Positions 48,581 to 61,369 of a stretch of 64,000 nucleotides of DNA are shown here, piece by piece. The DNA comes from Dudresnaya verticillata (taxonomy: Eukaryota): contig OZ374558.1 in assembly GCA_977862235.1 (NCBI GenBank), positions 3,472,001 to 3,536,000 of the forward strand. Reading direction: 5' to 3'. Made by a program: the position numbers and the translations under genes. Under the pieces are notes generated by a model that worked only from the letters and a program-made list of their open reading frames with translations, was not told the DNA's origin and made no database searches. Position 1 is the stretch's first letter. Each line of letters starts with the position of its first letter.

Positions 48581-49384
48581 GGAACGAGCTACAACTTTGC
48601 GCATGGCAATTAGAATCGAGGTGACGTGCGACACTTTATGTCCGCCATTGCATGCGGCCACAACTACAATTCTGTGAATTGACTCTCCCTTCTGCCGTGA
48701 AGATGCAATACCGGTTCTTCTGCGTTGTACTGCTTCTCGCGAGTTGGCTCGCGGACCTGTTCGTTCTTCAGTACAGATGCCTTGTTTACTAGAGCTCCCA
48801 ACTTCGGCTCTATTTATGCTCTCAACTCGGTGGTGCTCTTCCAATCTACATCGTTGTCTCAAATGCAACAGTCCCTCTAAATGCAAATAGTAAATGCTAG
48901 CTCGACGGTAAAGCGTCGTATATCTCATCTGTCGTCCGCCATGTCATGAGTAAATTCATTTCCAGCTCGACCACCTTGTCCAACATCCATAGCTGTGTTG
49001 CTTAGCCAACATCAATTCACGATTCATCTTACTTTCTAACAAAGAGCACGATTACAATAATTCATAGCATTAGAACCGTACTGTAGCATTTGTAGCTAAT
49101 GCTGGCATTCGTGATGTATTACTCCAATGGCTTGCCTTACGTAGCTATCAATTCACCAAGTTACAAAACAACATAAACACCGGGCTCTAGGACAATGGCT
49201 ACAAGCAATAACATTGCAAATTATTGTAGCACCAATACTCTCCCCTTCGGCAATCTATATTGCTATATAGCCGCCATCATGCCCCAGTAACATCTGCAGA
49301 ATATGCCTACGTCGTGCAATAAGTTTGCAATAGACTTAAATAGTGCGAAGGAAACATGGGGATCCATGTTAACGTTTGTGTAAT

Positions 49385-49605
49385 GCGATGTCAAACCTGT
49401 TCATTCATTTTGAGGAATGTTATAGCTTCAAAAACTTGGTGGTCATCGCCTTGCGATTGTCCGTTAGCACGTGCTCCGCAATGCTCCTGAGCCGGTCAAC
49501 CTCGGCAACGGATCCAATAATAAAGTTGCAGTTGATAAAAGGATCTAGTTTCCAGGGTACCTTTCGCTTCTTGGCTAAATGCTGAATGATCGATGACTTG
49601 TAAAT
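49385..49605 (-). mobile_element. hAT dimerisation-domain remnant, copy 3
   Basis: Paralogue of 12390-12610. Confidence 0.6.
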
Positions 49606-50119
49606 TATAAGTTATGTTGCATCATCGACGACGATGCTCCCGTTGGCGAGAAAGCAGACCTGGCAACTTGTTAGTGATAAAGTGGCAATGATTTGGTACG
49701 ATGCAATTTGCAGCATGGGGCTAGAAAACGCTATATTCTCGGGATCAAACTCTACAGATGCCGCTCCCCGCAAAACCGAACATGTGCTTATCGTATACTG
49801 TATTTAGCAACAGCCTTTCTAATGTTACTACTGAACCCAATAGGTATTACAATATACATTGTCACTGCCATACGAATTGCAATTTGCTATCATATCAGCA
49901 ACTCAATATGCCATTGCTATTGTATATTGCAATATGTTGCTACTGCTATTAATTGCACGACAGCCCTGGTCACCAGCCCTGACGCGACGCTTCTGGAACT
50001 TTCTGCGCTTCTTTTCCTCTTCTTGCCCTCTTTTTACCCTTCTTTTCTGTCCTTTCTGTCCGTTTTCTGCAGCCCATCCGAAGTTATTAACCTTTTATCC
50101 TGTCCTGCAAGACAGCCAT

Positions 50120-51282
50120 GGAAGGGATCAAACAGATAGATACTTTTCTGTCACCTTGTCATGTGCTCATTATGACGGCGCCAGAAAACTATTACACCGG
50201 CACTTTAATCACTCAACCCTGTTCGTATTCGAAGCAACTGTGAACAATGTCGTGGCAGAGCTGTGCGACTCTCATGCATGCGATTTTAGATAAGTCTCCG
50301 AAGGGAGGTCCGTCGAACATCGTCGGTATATCTGCCCTTTTCGGTCTAACAACATCTCGAACACAAATGGGAATTGGCTTCGGTGCTGAAATGGACCGCG
50401 ACCAGAGAATAGCTTTATCATCGTGTCTAGACTCCTTCGTGAAGGAAACCATGGGCGAATATATTATGTACCCATTGCGCCGATACTCCTGAAAGTTTGG
50501 AGAGAGGAAACACATGCTTGAGAACGAACAAAGTGTTCAAAATATTTGTCAAGACTTGTTCACAGACTTTATCCGGACAAGACTGGCGGAGACGAAACAA
50601 GAAACAGAGCCTCACTCTTCAGATCTCTTGTACTCGATCATAGTCATCAGCAAGGGAGACATGACGTTGGACACCTCCCTGGTCGTCGAATTTGCTCTCT
50701 CCAGATACGTTTCAACCAACCAGGCCTTATCCTAGGCTGTTTACGAGACTTGCAGAAACTCTAATGTTGAATACTTGACAGGGACTCAAGTTTCTACCCG
50801 CTTTAGGGACCGGCTGTTTAACCGCCCTTTATCTAGACGGAAAGTTTGAGAGCCTCCCTATCTGAACAGGGTATGTAACTGCAGCAATCAAGCAGCCCGC
50901 AAGACCGGTAAAATTACGCAGTGGCGGAACCAAGATCCCAGAGGGGGCATTGGTGATGAGTCTTCGAAGCTGGGCACACCTGGACCCCAAAATATGGCGC
51001 GGTCCGTTGGGGTTTGATCCGGAAGGGTGGGTCTGCAGAAATTCTCGTAGAGAGGGTGACAAAGTCCGGCCTGGAACTTATGTTCCGTTTGGTAGTAGGT
51101 CTCGTGCTTGCGCCGGTAGGTTTCTTGCCGAGTACGACTACGCTCTCATCCTCGCCGAATTGCACCGTAGTTTTAATTTCATGCTAGCTTCCGAGAAGAG
51201 CGAAGAAGTGGGAGAGACGGCTTTTGTCGAGGTTGCCAAAGCACCCTCTGTGAAGGGAGGGGGAACTAGGCTGTCAACCTGA
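50120..51282 (+). pseudogene. Cytochrome P450 pseudogene, copy 3 (least decayed 3' end)
   Basis: HLDPKIWRGPLGFDPEGW...PFGSRSRACAGRFLAEYDYALILAELHRSFNF. Confidence 0.8.
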
Positions 51283-52316
51283 TCCTTCCAGTCAAGGGAA
51301 GAGTGTACACTGCAAAAGTGCAGTACAGTTGTATTTGTACGTTGCAGTGTACGTGGACTCTGATTGTCCCCGTCGTACGAAAGGTCGCGCGTTTACCGTT
51401 GACTTGCTAAGCGCCCGTTCGTCCTGCGCGGGATTCTGTCTAGCTTGTTGTCTTTACATAAGTAGTCTAGCATGTAGCATCTACTTGGTAAAGCAGGCAC
51501 GAGTTTATGGGTTTTATCACTATAGGCGTGATGGAGTGCTACTGCTAGGGACTGACTAGCTTGGGCTAGTCTACTCCCCTCTTTGGCACTACTCACACCC
51601 GGCATCCAAGCTTAGACTTGAACACCCGGTACACTACAGCGAGAATCCTTTCTCGCTAGCGAATTGGTCCTTCCGGACCACAGTCTCATCTTTGAGTGAC
51701 ATAGGCAGCTGTGTTCATGTTAGAATAGAGGGGCGATAGCACATTATATTGTTTTGTGGTGATGTTGTATTTATTTGTTGTTTAAGGTGATCCAGCGCGG
51801 GCAACTTGGGCCCCTATGCCGGGGGTAAACGTCACTTTATGAAAGCATGAAGCTGCCGGCGCACCGCTAACGAGGTCCTTACTGGGGTCCTGGCGACAGT
51901 ACTGTAGCAGGGAGAGAGGATCTATTGTGGGTTCCCGCCAGTATGGGAGGTGGGAAAGTCACGTGCTCAAAGGGTCCTGATTGCACAAATTGCACGCGAG
52001 ATGGCTACAAGGGTCTGCGGGGAGGGTTGTGGCTTGGAGGTGTGTGGCTTGGAGAGGTCGTGGAGTGCGCGGGAACGTTTGCGCACTAAATCGCGGGCGG
52101 ACAGGAAGCGTGGCGGGATGGGAAATGTTCCCAGGTGCCAACGGTTTGTGGTGTGTCAAGTTTCTCTGGAAGATAGCGAATATTGTTATACAGGCAATTG
52201 AGCTGAACCAAGGGCATAACCAGCGCCTGAAAAGGTGACGGGTAATGACAAAAACGATAAACAAGCGCGTTGGACTTCTGCCAGAACACAATACAGGAAA
52301 CGCTATTTCTCTACGG

Positions 52317-52331
52317 AGCGAGAGAGAGACC
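52317..52331 (-). mobile_element. 15-bp (TC)n-tail micro-insertion with 11-bp target duplication
   Basis: tttctctacgg-[agcgagagagagacc]-tttctctacgg; empty site tttctttacgg at 14346. Reverse complement reads (aaa)ggtctctctctc. Confidence 0.65.
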
Positions 52332-54080
52332 TTTCTCTACGGCGTTAGAATACTTGTGAATATTTGTCATGTCGTTTCTGTGCTTGTTTCAGGATGGGTA
52401 GTATTGATGAGAGCTAATCATCTCTAAAGAGACAAGCGCCACAGGAGGTGAAAGTACAACGTACCTTGTGGGTGTAGAAAAGATGTTTAAGACAAGAGCC
52501 CAACGTTTATGCTGTGTGCTAAGTGGTGTGAATCGCAACTACTATTTTTGATAACCACAACTCGTATCAAATGAATCGCAACTACTATTTTTGTTAACCA
52601 CAACCCGTATCAATAGAGCAGAATGACATTTCGAGGAACGAAGAGGACCATGTAGGAGGAGACGGAAGCAGCGAGAGCTCCCAGGGTGAACGGGTACGTC
52701 TGCCACCCGTCGGAATGTTCCAGCAAATTCATGAGCTCCGTTGCGGTTTTGTACATAGCCGCACACAGCCGCCACCCACACTGATACACCCACTCACCGA
52801 TCCATGCATGCCGCCACTCGTCCCTTCGAGCTGATAACAGCATATACGGGATTTTGCGTCTCAGGAGACGAGAAACTGTCTAAACATCTCACGTGGAAGT
52901 ATCTTTCAAACTCACTGGGACGAGGTCGTCGCCCTCGAAGCGAATTATGTGTTCCAGACCGTACTCATCGGCAGTCTGGAGACCAAAAGCATTAAAGAAA
53001 GTGTGGCGAATACGATGGCCATTGCCCGTCTCGCGCATGCGAGCGACCATGTTCTCACCACCGGCCTGTCCAAACAGTTTGTATCCTCTGCCTTGCTGTT
53101 CACACTTGCTCGCCCGGGAAGCTGAAGCGAGAGCCTTCAAAGCCAAACATGTCTGGATTCTTCGAGGCGAAAGCCATGCAGAAGGCCCGGATGCCGATGC
53201 TCTTAAAGTCGCATTCGTAGTGGAGCACGGCGTCAATTTGCAAGGGGACAATCTGCGTACTGATTCAGCAGGAGAAGCCACACGGGTGATCGCCAGCGCA
53301 GGGGTCCGTGAGGCATCGCGCTTTCGGCTGGTCGCGGCACGCGTTTTACGTGGCGCGGCGTTCGGTGAAAGTTGCCAGCCGGGTGAAGGCACGTTGTGAA
53401 GTGCTCCAGCAGCTACTAGTGTGTCGGGTGCGGGCGGTCCCCCCACAGCAAATATACTGGGACAAGGAGGGAAAAGAAACAAACGATAGGGGGTGCCGTC
53501 CATCTTCCGTGTGGCGGTGGTCGTGGGTGCTGGTTGATGTAAAAAGGTGAGTGCGAAGCGTGGTCGGTTGAAAGTGGTACATATGGGCTGCAGCAAGGAC
53601 GAGATTCGTGTTCCGTTTTGCTGTTTGTCGACGGGGAGATCTTTTCGGAAGGCAGTACGGCCATTAACAATAATGGTTTAACGCGGAAACAATAACAAGA
53701 GCGTTTTGTAAGCATGTTCAAGCCATCTTCTGACTCCGCCTGGGATCTATGTATAGCCTGCACTTTGGTACAATCTCAAATGTTCAACAACCAGCTTTTT
53801 AAACATAGACAGGACACCGAACTGAGCTTCGATGTCAATAGACAAGGACGAAATAGAAATCAGACACACTACCGGTAGTAAAGCAAGCAACAACCTGGCA
53901 GTAATGGCACACACCCGCGACATTTCCACGGCCTTGTTCTTCCACGGTCGCCATATTCTGTTTCTCTGTACAGAAAGCGCATACCTAATCACACTCGACT
54001 CGTTCTACCGGCCAGATCTTGATCGCACAGGATTTTAATAGTCTTAACTCGCAAACTCGCGAGGTACAAGATGTTTATTA

Positions 54081-57000
54081 CTATGAACTTGCAAACTCGC
54101 GAGAGAACTTTTTTGCTGCTCTTGTTGCAAACTGAGTATCGGTCTCTCCACGGACATCGTTCCGAACACCGATATATCCTGTCACTTTCGCAAGTGTCTC
54201 CATTACCTCCGTCACTGGAACCTTCTTCTGCCGTTCGTGGTCGAAAAAGTGATTATCTTCAAATACACGCCGAAACCGTTCGTCATACGGAAGCTGCTTG
54301 TTCTTGCAGTCTTCCACCTGCAGTTGGTAGAAAAGCGGGAACAGTACAGGTGACTGTGGTCTCTGCTTTCGCTCGAGAAATTCAGACAGCTCTACCATCG
54401 GCCACTTGCGAGCCACAAACGACGGCGAAAGAATGAAAGCGGCAGCCTTACTGCCGCGAATTGCCGCTCGAATTTGCTCTTCGTTTGTACGTTCCGAAAC
54501 CTTCAAACTCTCTTCATCCAAAAAACACCGCAATCCCATTGCTTTCAATGCATTCCGTAGCGGGTAGGCAACAGATATCTTTTCCGGGCCTGCGTGGCTA
54601 ATAAAGACATCATACGGAGTTACTGAGTCTTGTAGTTCAAAATGATCGTGGCTTGATCCGTCAGACACACCCTCAAGAATATGTAACTTCAGTTCTCCAT
54701 AGTTCCACAGTTGATTGCAATAGCATTTTTCTTCTGCCTCATCGAGTGCCTGACATTCTTCAGTCGCAACCCATGTCTGAGGTATTGACAACAACACACT
54801 TTTAGAGCCACCGCAACCCCCCTGGATGCTCGAAGGAGAAGGACAATCGGTAACTAGAAAATGATTCCGAGCTGCGCTGCTTTCGTGCGGAGGTCTTGTC
54901 AAAAAATCGTCCATAGCTTTCAAACATTCTTGAGCCACCTTCATTGCTGAGACGGCATTGCACCTGATCGTCCACACAATCCATCTTTTCTTAGGAACGA
55001 AGCAAACAACAACGCGGCAAGTCCCCTTCAGAGAAAGAATTACAGCATCTTGGCGAAGTTCCGGTGGCTTTGTTCGCTCTCCTCCGATAGTGCGATGAAG
55101 GAATGCAACAAAGTAGCCCTCCAAGCCAGGGGGAATGGCATCGTCAAAGATGGTTCTCAAAACAATTTCGCACTCTCCTTCTTTCGTAGGGCACTGGAAT
55201 CCCTCCCAACCTTTGGGAAGCAACGACGGAATCCCGACTAGCTCCTTCCGCTCATCACCCTCCGTCTCTGTAGAGTGCAAACGCATTAGAATCCCAAACT
55301 GGCACAGAATGTCAAGCATCACATCTCGAACAGGAGGTAGGTATTTACACCACAATTCATCCAGTCCCTTTCGCGGGATCAACCCGTTCTCGTAACTTTC
55401 TGCTTCATGCTGTCGCAGCGTCTGTATCTTCTTTTCAAACTCTTTCGCTTCTTCTTCACCCAGTCGTTCTCGCATAAATGCCGCCGGCCCCGTGACCTGC
55501 CGAATAAAGTCCAGAATTGTGCTCGGATCTGGGAACACATACCATCCCTCGCCCGTCTGCACTTCTACGATATGGCCCTGCTGACTCTGAAATTGGACGC
55601 ATTTCTCAACGTCGGCTTCTCTCTCCTCCTTGTCACCAGAGAATCCGGGAAGTCTGGCAGCATGGCTCTGAACTTCTGTCATTACCAGAAAGACTTTTTG
55701 GCTTTCAGTGGCGTGTGACCAAATGGCTTCCCTGAGGGCAGCCCATCGAACTGGAACTCGTTCCCTTCCGTCAACAATTTCATCACTCGCTTCCTTGATT
55801 CTCTTCTCTAGTTCCACAACGCCTGACCCGGCACGGTCTTGTTCAGCACTGCTGTTCTTGTTCTCGATGGCAACCCACCGACACTTGCATTTGTCGACAT
55901 CGCCCTTCTCACGTACCCAGTCATCGTAGACAGCCCTTCCGAGATGCTTTCGCAGTTTTTGTCGCAGCTGCTGAAACAAGTCTTCAGGGCTTTCAACTTC
56001 TGCCTTCCTGGTTCCCACCAGGATCACCCAAACGTTTTTCGGGGTTTGCGAAGACGCATGTGCCATTTGCATCCAGTCGCATAGTTCTAACACTTCGTCC
56101 TCTTGGGTGACTTCTGACGCAAACCTTTTCAGATCTACCACGAAAACAAAAATGGAAGCGCGGCGGATGAAGATTGCGGGAACACTGAGGTACTCTGCCT
56201 GACCCCCAAGGTCCCAGCATTGCACCAACGCAGCTCGATTACCCGCAGGGAATGGGTGACTCATGAGCCCTTGCCGTGCTGCTTCCCAAATGGGAGACCC
56301 TTGGGAGTTTATAGACTGCGAAGCAGCAATACTGGGCGGAGCTGGTGGTTGTTGAGCAGTGGTATGGCTGCTTGCCAATGTGTCTCCACTCTGGGGAACG
56401 GTCCTCTTGGTCGGAGGAGCTCGCTTGAGCGAAGTGGGGGGTTTAAGGTGCAATCTTGCGGTGGATTTTTCACTCGGCCGCGATGATGCATCAGTTGCAG
56501 TTGGGAGAAACGCCGATCCAGCTCGAAAGGAGCCGGCATCGGATGCACTTGCTGTAGATGACGTTGGTCGTTCCGTTGGCGTGGGTACCTCTTGAATATC
56601 GGACCGTGAAATGAGGGCATGGAAGGCCTCGCTATTGAAGGCGAGCTGGTCGACAATGTCATCGTCCAACTTGGGGCCGTCCGGGACGACAAGAGTGCGA
56701 CTCAGCGACACAAACTGTGTCGGCTGGTGGGTGGCAACGAAGGGCATGGAGCGCAGGCTCCTTACCGTGCTTGTCTTGCCGCGTGCCGCACCGCCGAGAA
56801 CAAGAAGAAAGCACTGCCGTGGCTTTGCTATGGCGGTCTTGAGGGTGTTTTCAACAAGTGTGCTAGTGTCACCGATGCGGTTAAGAAGGTATTGCCAGTG
56901 GCTGCTGGCGAATCTAAGCTCAAGACGCGTTAGCTGTTGATACGCTGCTTGTTGATGCAGTTGGGCTGCTGTTTGCTCATCGCGAGCAACACCGACATCT

Positions 57001-57764
57001 CCGCGGCCACGCAATGTGACGAGCTCATAGAGTGCGATGCGGGTGCGATGGAGTTGGATTGAGCGTTGGAAGAGCGGATCGCGCGCGTGTCTGATATGAT
57101 TGCAAAAACTCGCGTGGCCCAACCAAACCATCCAAATTGGGGCCCACTCGTGATTGCAGGCGCGTTGGAGCAGTTCGACGCCGCGCGGATCGTCTCGCGG
57201 AACATCGGTTTCGCCTCTCAGCAGCAAAAGGCCCAAATTGGCCATTGCGAAGACATTTTCGCCCTCCGCGATGGCGCGGTCGTACAGCGCAGCAGCACGC
57301 GGAGCGTCTTTGGCGACGCCGTCGCCTTTTACGAGGAGAGCGCCCAAATTGCCCATTGCGGTCACATCCGCAAACTCTGCAACGGCTCGTTCGTACAGCG
57401 CTGCCGCGCGCTTTGTGTCTTTGACAAAATGGCGCCATCCGATATGGAGACGCAGTCCGAGCTTGAACAGCGACGCCCCGCGCGGATCTCGCGCGTTGGC
57501 GCGCTCGACCAGCTCCGCGGCGCGGCGCTCGTCCTTGGGCACTCCCGCGGCCCCTTCCTTTAGCAACAGTGCAAGGCCATGCCGCGCTTTGTCATGGTCG
57601 CCCTCACCAATCGCTCGCTCGAGCAAGGCGACGGCTTGCAAAGGTAGAACAGGCCCTCCATCTGAAGCGTCCCAGTACGCAAATGCGAGTGCAACCATGT
57701 CGTCGCCGTCGGCATTGTCGTCGATAGCTTGGCGAAGGGCAAGGCGCTGCGGTGTGGCATCCAT
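54081..57764 (-). CDS. Sel1-ROC-COR-TIR protein copy 5 (type B), intact, 1227 aa
   Basis: Open ORF from ATG 57764 with the same motifs as copy 2. Short in-frame deletions in Sel1 repeats 5-6. Confidence 0.92.
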   Translation of the reverse strand: MDATPQRLALRQAIDDNADGDDMVALAFAYWDASDGGPVLPLQAVALLERAIGEGDHDKARHGLALLLKEGAAGVPKDERRAAELVERANARDPRGASLFKLGLRLHIGWRHFVKDTKRAAALYERAVAEFADVTAMGNLGALLVKGDGVAKDAPRAAALYDRAIAEGENVFAMANLGLLLLRGETDVPRDDPRGVELLQRACNHEWAPIWMVWLGHASFCNHIRHARDPLFQRSIQLHRTRIALYELVTLRGRGDVGVARDEQTAAQLHQQAAYQQLTRLELRFASSHWQYLLNRIGDTSTLVENTLKTAIAKPRQCFLLVLGGAARGKTSTVRSLRSMPFVATHQPTQFVSLSRTLVVPDGPKLDDDIVDQLAFNSEAFHALISRSDIQEVPTPTERPTSSTASASDAGSFRAGSAFLPTATDASSRPSEKSTARLHLKPPTSLKRAPPTKRTVPQSGDTLASSHTTAQQPPAPPSIAASQSINSQGSPIWEAARQGLMSHPFPAGNRAALVQCWDLGGQAEYLSVPAIFIRRASIFVFVVDLKRFASEVTQEDEVLELCDWMQMAHASSQTPKNVWVILVGTRKAEVESPEDLFQQLRQKLRKHLGRAVYDDWVREKGDVDKCKCRWVAIENKNSSAEQDRAGSGVVELEKRIKEASDEIVDGRERVPVRWAALREAIWSHATESQKVFLVMTEVQSHAARLPGFSGDKEEREADVEKCVQFQSQQGHIVEVQTGEGWYVFPDPSTILDFIRQVTGPAAFMRERLGEEEAKEFEKKIQTLRQHEAESYENGLIPRKGLDELWCKYLPPVRDVMLDILCQFGILMRLHSTETEGDERKELVGIPSLLPKGWEGFQCPTKEGECEIVLRTIFDDAIPPGLEGYFVAFLHRTIGGERTKPPELRQDAVILSLKGTCRVVVCFVPKKRWIVWTIRCNAVSAMKVAQECLKAMDDFLTRPPHESSAARNHFLVTDCPSPSSIQGGCGGSKSVLLSIPQTWVATEECQALDEAEEKCYCNQLWNYGELKLHILEGVSDGSSHDHFELQDSVTPYDVFISHAGPEKISVAYPLRNALKAMGLRCFLDEESLKVSERTNEEQIRAAIRGSKAAAFILSPSFVARKWPMVELSEFLERKQRPQSPVLFPLFYQLQVEDCKNKQLPYDERFRRVFEDNHFFDHERQKKVPVTEVMETLAKVTGYIGVRNDVRGETDTQFATRAAKKFSREFASS

Positions 57765-60552
57765 GTCGGCAGGAGCGGGCGGTCGAGCGGGTGGAGACGG
57801 TTGGAGATGGGATGGTTGGGGTGTGTGTGTCGGGAGCGAGTGCGCCAAGCGCACGGCGCTATTTATGCCGCGATGAAAGTTGCGAGTGGGACGGCGGGAG
57901 GTGTTGCAGCGCGGCGTGCGTGGCGGTCCCGGAGCGTGCAGCAGGCGACTTGCTGGCGGTTGTAGGAAGAGAGGTTCTCGCGGTGCCGCGAGGTGCCGCG
58001 TGGGCGGCTGTGTGCCGCGCGGCGGAGCTGTTTTGCGCGGATGTTGTAAAAGTCGAAAGGCGCGTTGTCACGTCAGAGCAGTGCACGTGTAGTGTATTTG
58101 GCGCTTGCGCGCGCTCCGCACGCGCCGCCATCCGACAATCATCCGCGGCGCCCATCGATCACAGTCCCATCGTCACCTCGCGCCGCCGCCGCTGCAGCAT
58201 TCTGCCGACACATCGCTACATCACGCGCTGCACCACGCTCGCCCCCCGCGAACGCACAGCACATCACATCCACAGAACTGGCGGTGCGCAGCAGGACAAT
58301 GATACCTCGTCCCTCCCCTCCGCCGCGGCAGCAAAGCAGACCCACAAAAGTGTCTAAAAAAGCATTCCAATCTCCAATCGCATCGCCAACGCGTCAGCCC
58401 CTTACTCCATGTCGATACCGTTTTGGCGGTAGTGGTGCTCTTTAATTGATGGTTGTAGCTGTGTTGGTGGAGGTACGTAGTTCGGTAACAATTCTCTTTG
58501 GCTGATGCACTTACTATGTTTCGCTCAGTGAAGGCACCCCGCCCTCTCACCCCAAAAAGCAGTATTGCGCCCCGCCCCGTACGCAACACAGCAGGAGAGT
58601 CAGAACGCTCAAACCGACGTCATCGCTACGGCCCTTACAACAGAGTCGCGAGCCTTCGTTCATCGCAGCGCGATGCACATGTATTTGGCGCTTGTGCGGA
58701 TTGGCTCACTGTGGGATCTTTTGGCCACACCCAAACGTCGTCATTGTACAGCTGAACTCAGTCGCGCAATCCCATCCATCATCCACCGCAACCGTCAGCA
58801 TTTCGTGCCCACCAAGCCACCTCGAGCTGCGCTCAACTCTGCCCGTGTTGCGCAGTCTCGCCGTCACACCCGCTGCCGCGCCAGACATCCCAACCACGCC
58901 TACCGCCGCTCCGCTCACTGCAACCACCCGGCGAATCGCCCCCCTCGCTCCCATTGTACACTCACACCCCTTGTTGTCCGTTGTCCTTGGCAGCAAGACT
59001 TGCTCGCTGTGGTGCACTCGCACACCATCGCGCCCCAGCCCGCGCCACTATGTTATTCGCTCCAGGTGTTGCATACGCTGTTTGACATTTTCGATGCTCT
59101 ATAACAGCTTCTGCACCGCGCGCGAGCGACTTGATCCCCGCGATGAACATCATGTTGCCCGTAGTGGTCTACACCCCAGCCCTAGCCGCTAGCCAACCTC
59201 CCTGCGTCAGCTTGTGCATCCCTGGCAATTTGTGCACTGCGCTACAGATCGACAGCGCCTTGGAAATGTCCTAGCGCAATCGCAGGATGAGCCAGAAGAG
59301 CGTGCGAGAAGGCGTGTCCGGCGTGCCATGGTTGCTGCCGAGGGTGGTCGGTAGGGGTGCCGTGAAGGACTGTGACAGTTGCAGTGTAATGTTAGTCGGT
59401 GCTGCGATTTCGTCGGGGCCGCCTTCATACAAATACACACCGCTTATTGGTGCCCGTCGCGGATCACGCCGAATTGATCTCTCCATGTGAGCAATCAATG
59501 TCCCCGACCGGCAGAGGATTACCGGCACCCCGACGCCGTCAATCGTGAGAAAAGCAGCTCCCCCCACCATCACAACCGCCTGGTACGGCCTGCACCACCG
59601 CGCCACGGGAGCTGGCCACGCTCAACATGCCTATGTTTTAAACCGCCGTTTACTCTTCGACCGTCGCCTTTCAAATGAGTTTTAGGTAAGCCCCCTTGCG
59701 GGGCTGTAGTATTTCCTATGCATAAAGGTCTCCATCTATGTCTTAATGCCCACCTCGCGCCTCATCCTTGCTTCCAACCGTCATCCTCGCTCCCCTTTCA
59801 GCTGCAAACACTGCATTTCGACCAGGATCCACTAGGCGGCCCCATCGCTGAGGTCTGCGTCACTTCAAAGGCTTTTTGTTCGGCTACTATTGATATACCT
59901 ACAGCAGCGTGTCACCCAGTATCCAAACTCTTGTTGATTACATTCAGTGCACACCCGCCATTGCTCTACAAAGTTCCGTGCTCCCTCGTGCCAGCGCAGT
60001 TGCACTTCTCTCCTCTACACATATGGAATGATAAAATCTTAGGCATAGAAATGGCACCGTACCGGTTGAACGTTCATGAATGATAGAGGTAATTAAGCAA
60101 GCATCCCTTTAATCGCAAGATTCATAGTAAGTCCCTTAAGGGGGTGTAATACGCACTGTTGCTAGCGCGGCGGTCAACAAGCTTGCGCCTGATAACAGAA
60201 ACCGCGACGCACTGAAATACTAAAGAGGTAAGGCGTGTAGATCCCTACTGAAGTAGGATGTTAAGTAGGGAGCATGACAGCACTACACCAAGCAAAGCCA
60301 CACTGAAGCGGCAATAGCTTAGTGGTTTCTTTCTGCTTGGTCCGCCATGGAGGTCGTGGGATCGAGTCCCGCGGGTGTGTGCACGTGCGAAGCTGGAGAG
60401 TAGTCTACAGGCGGGTGAGGGAGACCTTCTCGCTAGATGGGGCCGTTCCGTCCTCTGAAGCACCCGCATTGCTCCGAGGCCATACTCCGCCTCATCGCGT
60501 ACTCCATCACACTCGTCCTGCCACTTCTTCACCGTTCGCCTCCTGTCGCAGA

Positions 60553-60931
60553 TGTTACGTACCGGTAAAGAGCTCTGGTCTCTTTAGTTGATTTCTCGCG
60601 GTAGACACGCGCGGACCCGGTTCCTTCTCAAAGCACGGACACCTCTTTACTTCTGTTGCACCCTTTCCCTCTATTTGTATTCCTTTTCACAACCGTACTT
60701 TCTACAGAGCACAAACTAAAACACGGCAGAATGCTCTCCATGCCTACAATTGCACTAATAAAAGAGAGTTGATTACTCTCTTCGTCTACACTTGCACTGA
60801 CACACGAGAATTGACATGTCGACACTATTACTTCTTGACAGGCGACATCCGCCACCATCAAGATAGCACCTGATCCAGCCTGCCGGCAGGCGGCCACCAC
60901 TAACTGCCCACCTTTGCCCTGGCCTCTAACA
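60553..60931. mobile_element. 379-bp solo LTR of a second family
   Basis: TGTTA...TAACA termini, 4-bp TSD CAGA, internal aataaa. Empty site gtcgcagacttgaaacc at 8963 and 29774. Confidence 0.85.
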
Positions 60932-61369
60932 CAGACTTGAAACCAAGGAAATCGCGAAAACAATAGATCCGCCATCCATGCCGTTTCAGCAGATGCCCTA
61001 ATGTACGTATACACCGCTTGTTGTACCACAGGCTCTTTACGAGTCTATAGCAACCATAACTGCATTGCTGTATGGTAGACGTTTCTACCGCTTTGCTCAG
61101 GAACGGTGGCCCACGCACTTTTGCCAAGACCGTGAGAGGCGGTCGATTGACTAATACCCCATCTTTTTCTTCGAATAGCCCCGTCGCCTACGATCTCAAG
61201 CGTTCAACAAACAGTCTTCTGTTCTGCAGATTAGAAAACGACAGCTCCTGTTTCCTTCCTATCCCAGCAGCCCTTCTTCACCTCTTTAGAAGACCTCTAG
61301 AAAAGTCATTGAGCTCAAGTTTGATGAGAATTGACGAGGGTGAAATAGATAGACACCGGGGCTTCAGAG

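Noticed and set aside
4116..57764. Bacterial anti-phage TIR island
   Set aside because: LTR and non-LTR retrotransposons, hAT remnants, low gene density and lack of operon structure indicate a eukaryotic nuclear locus.
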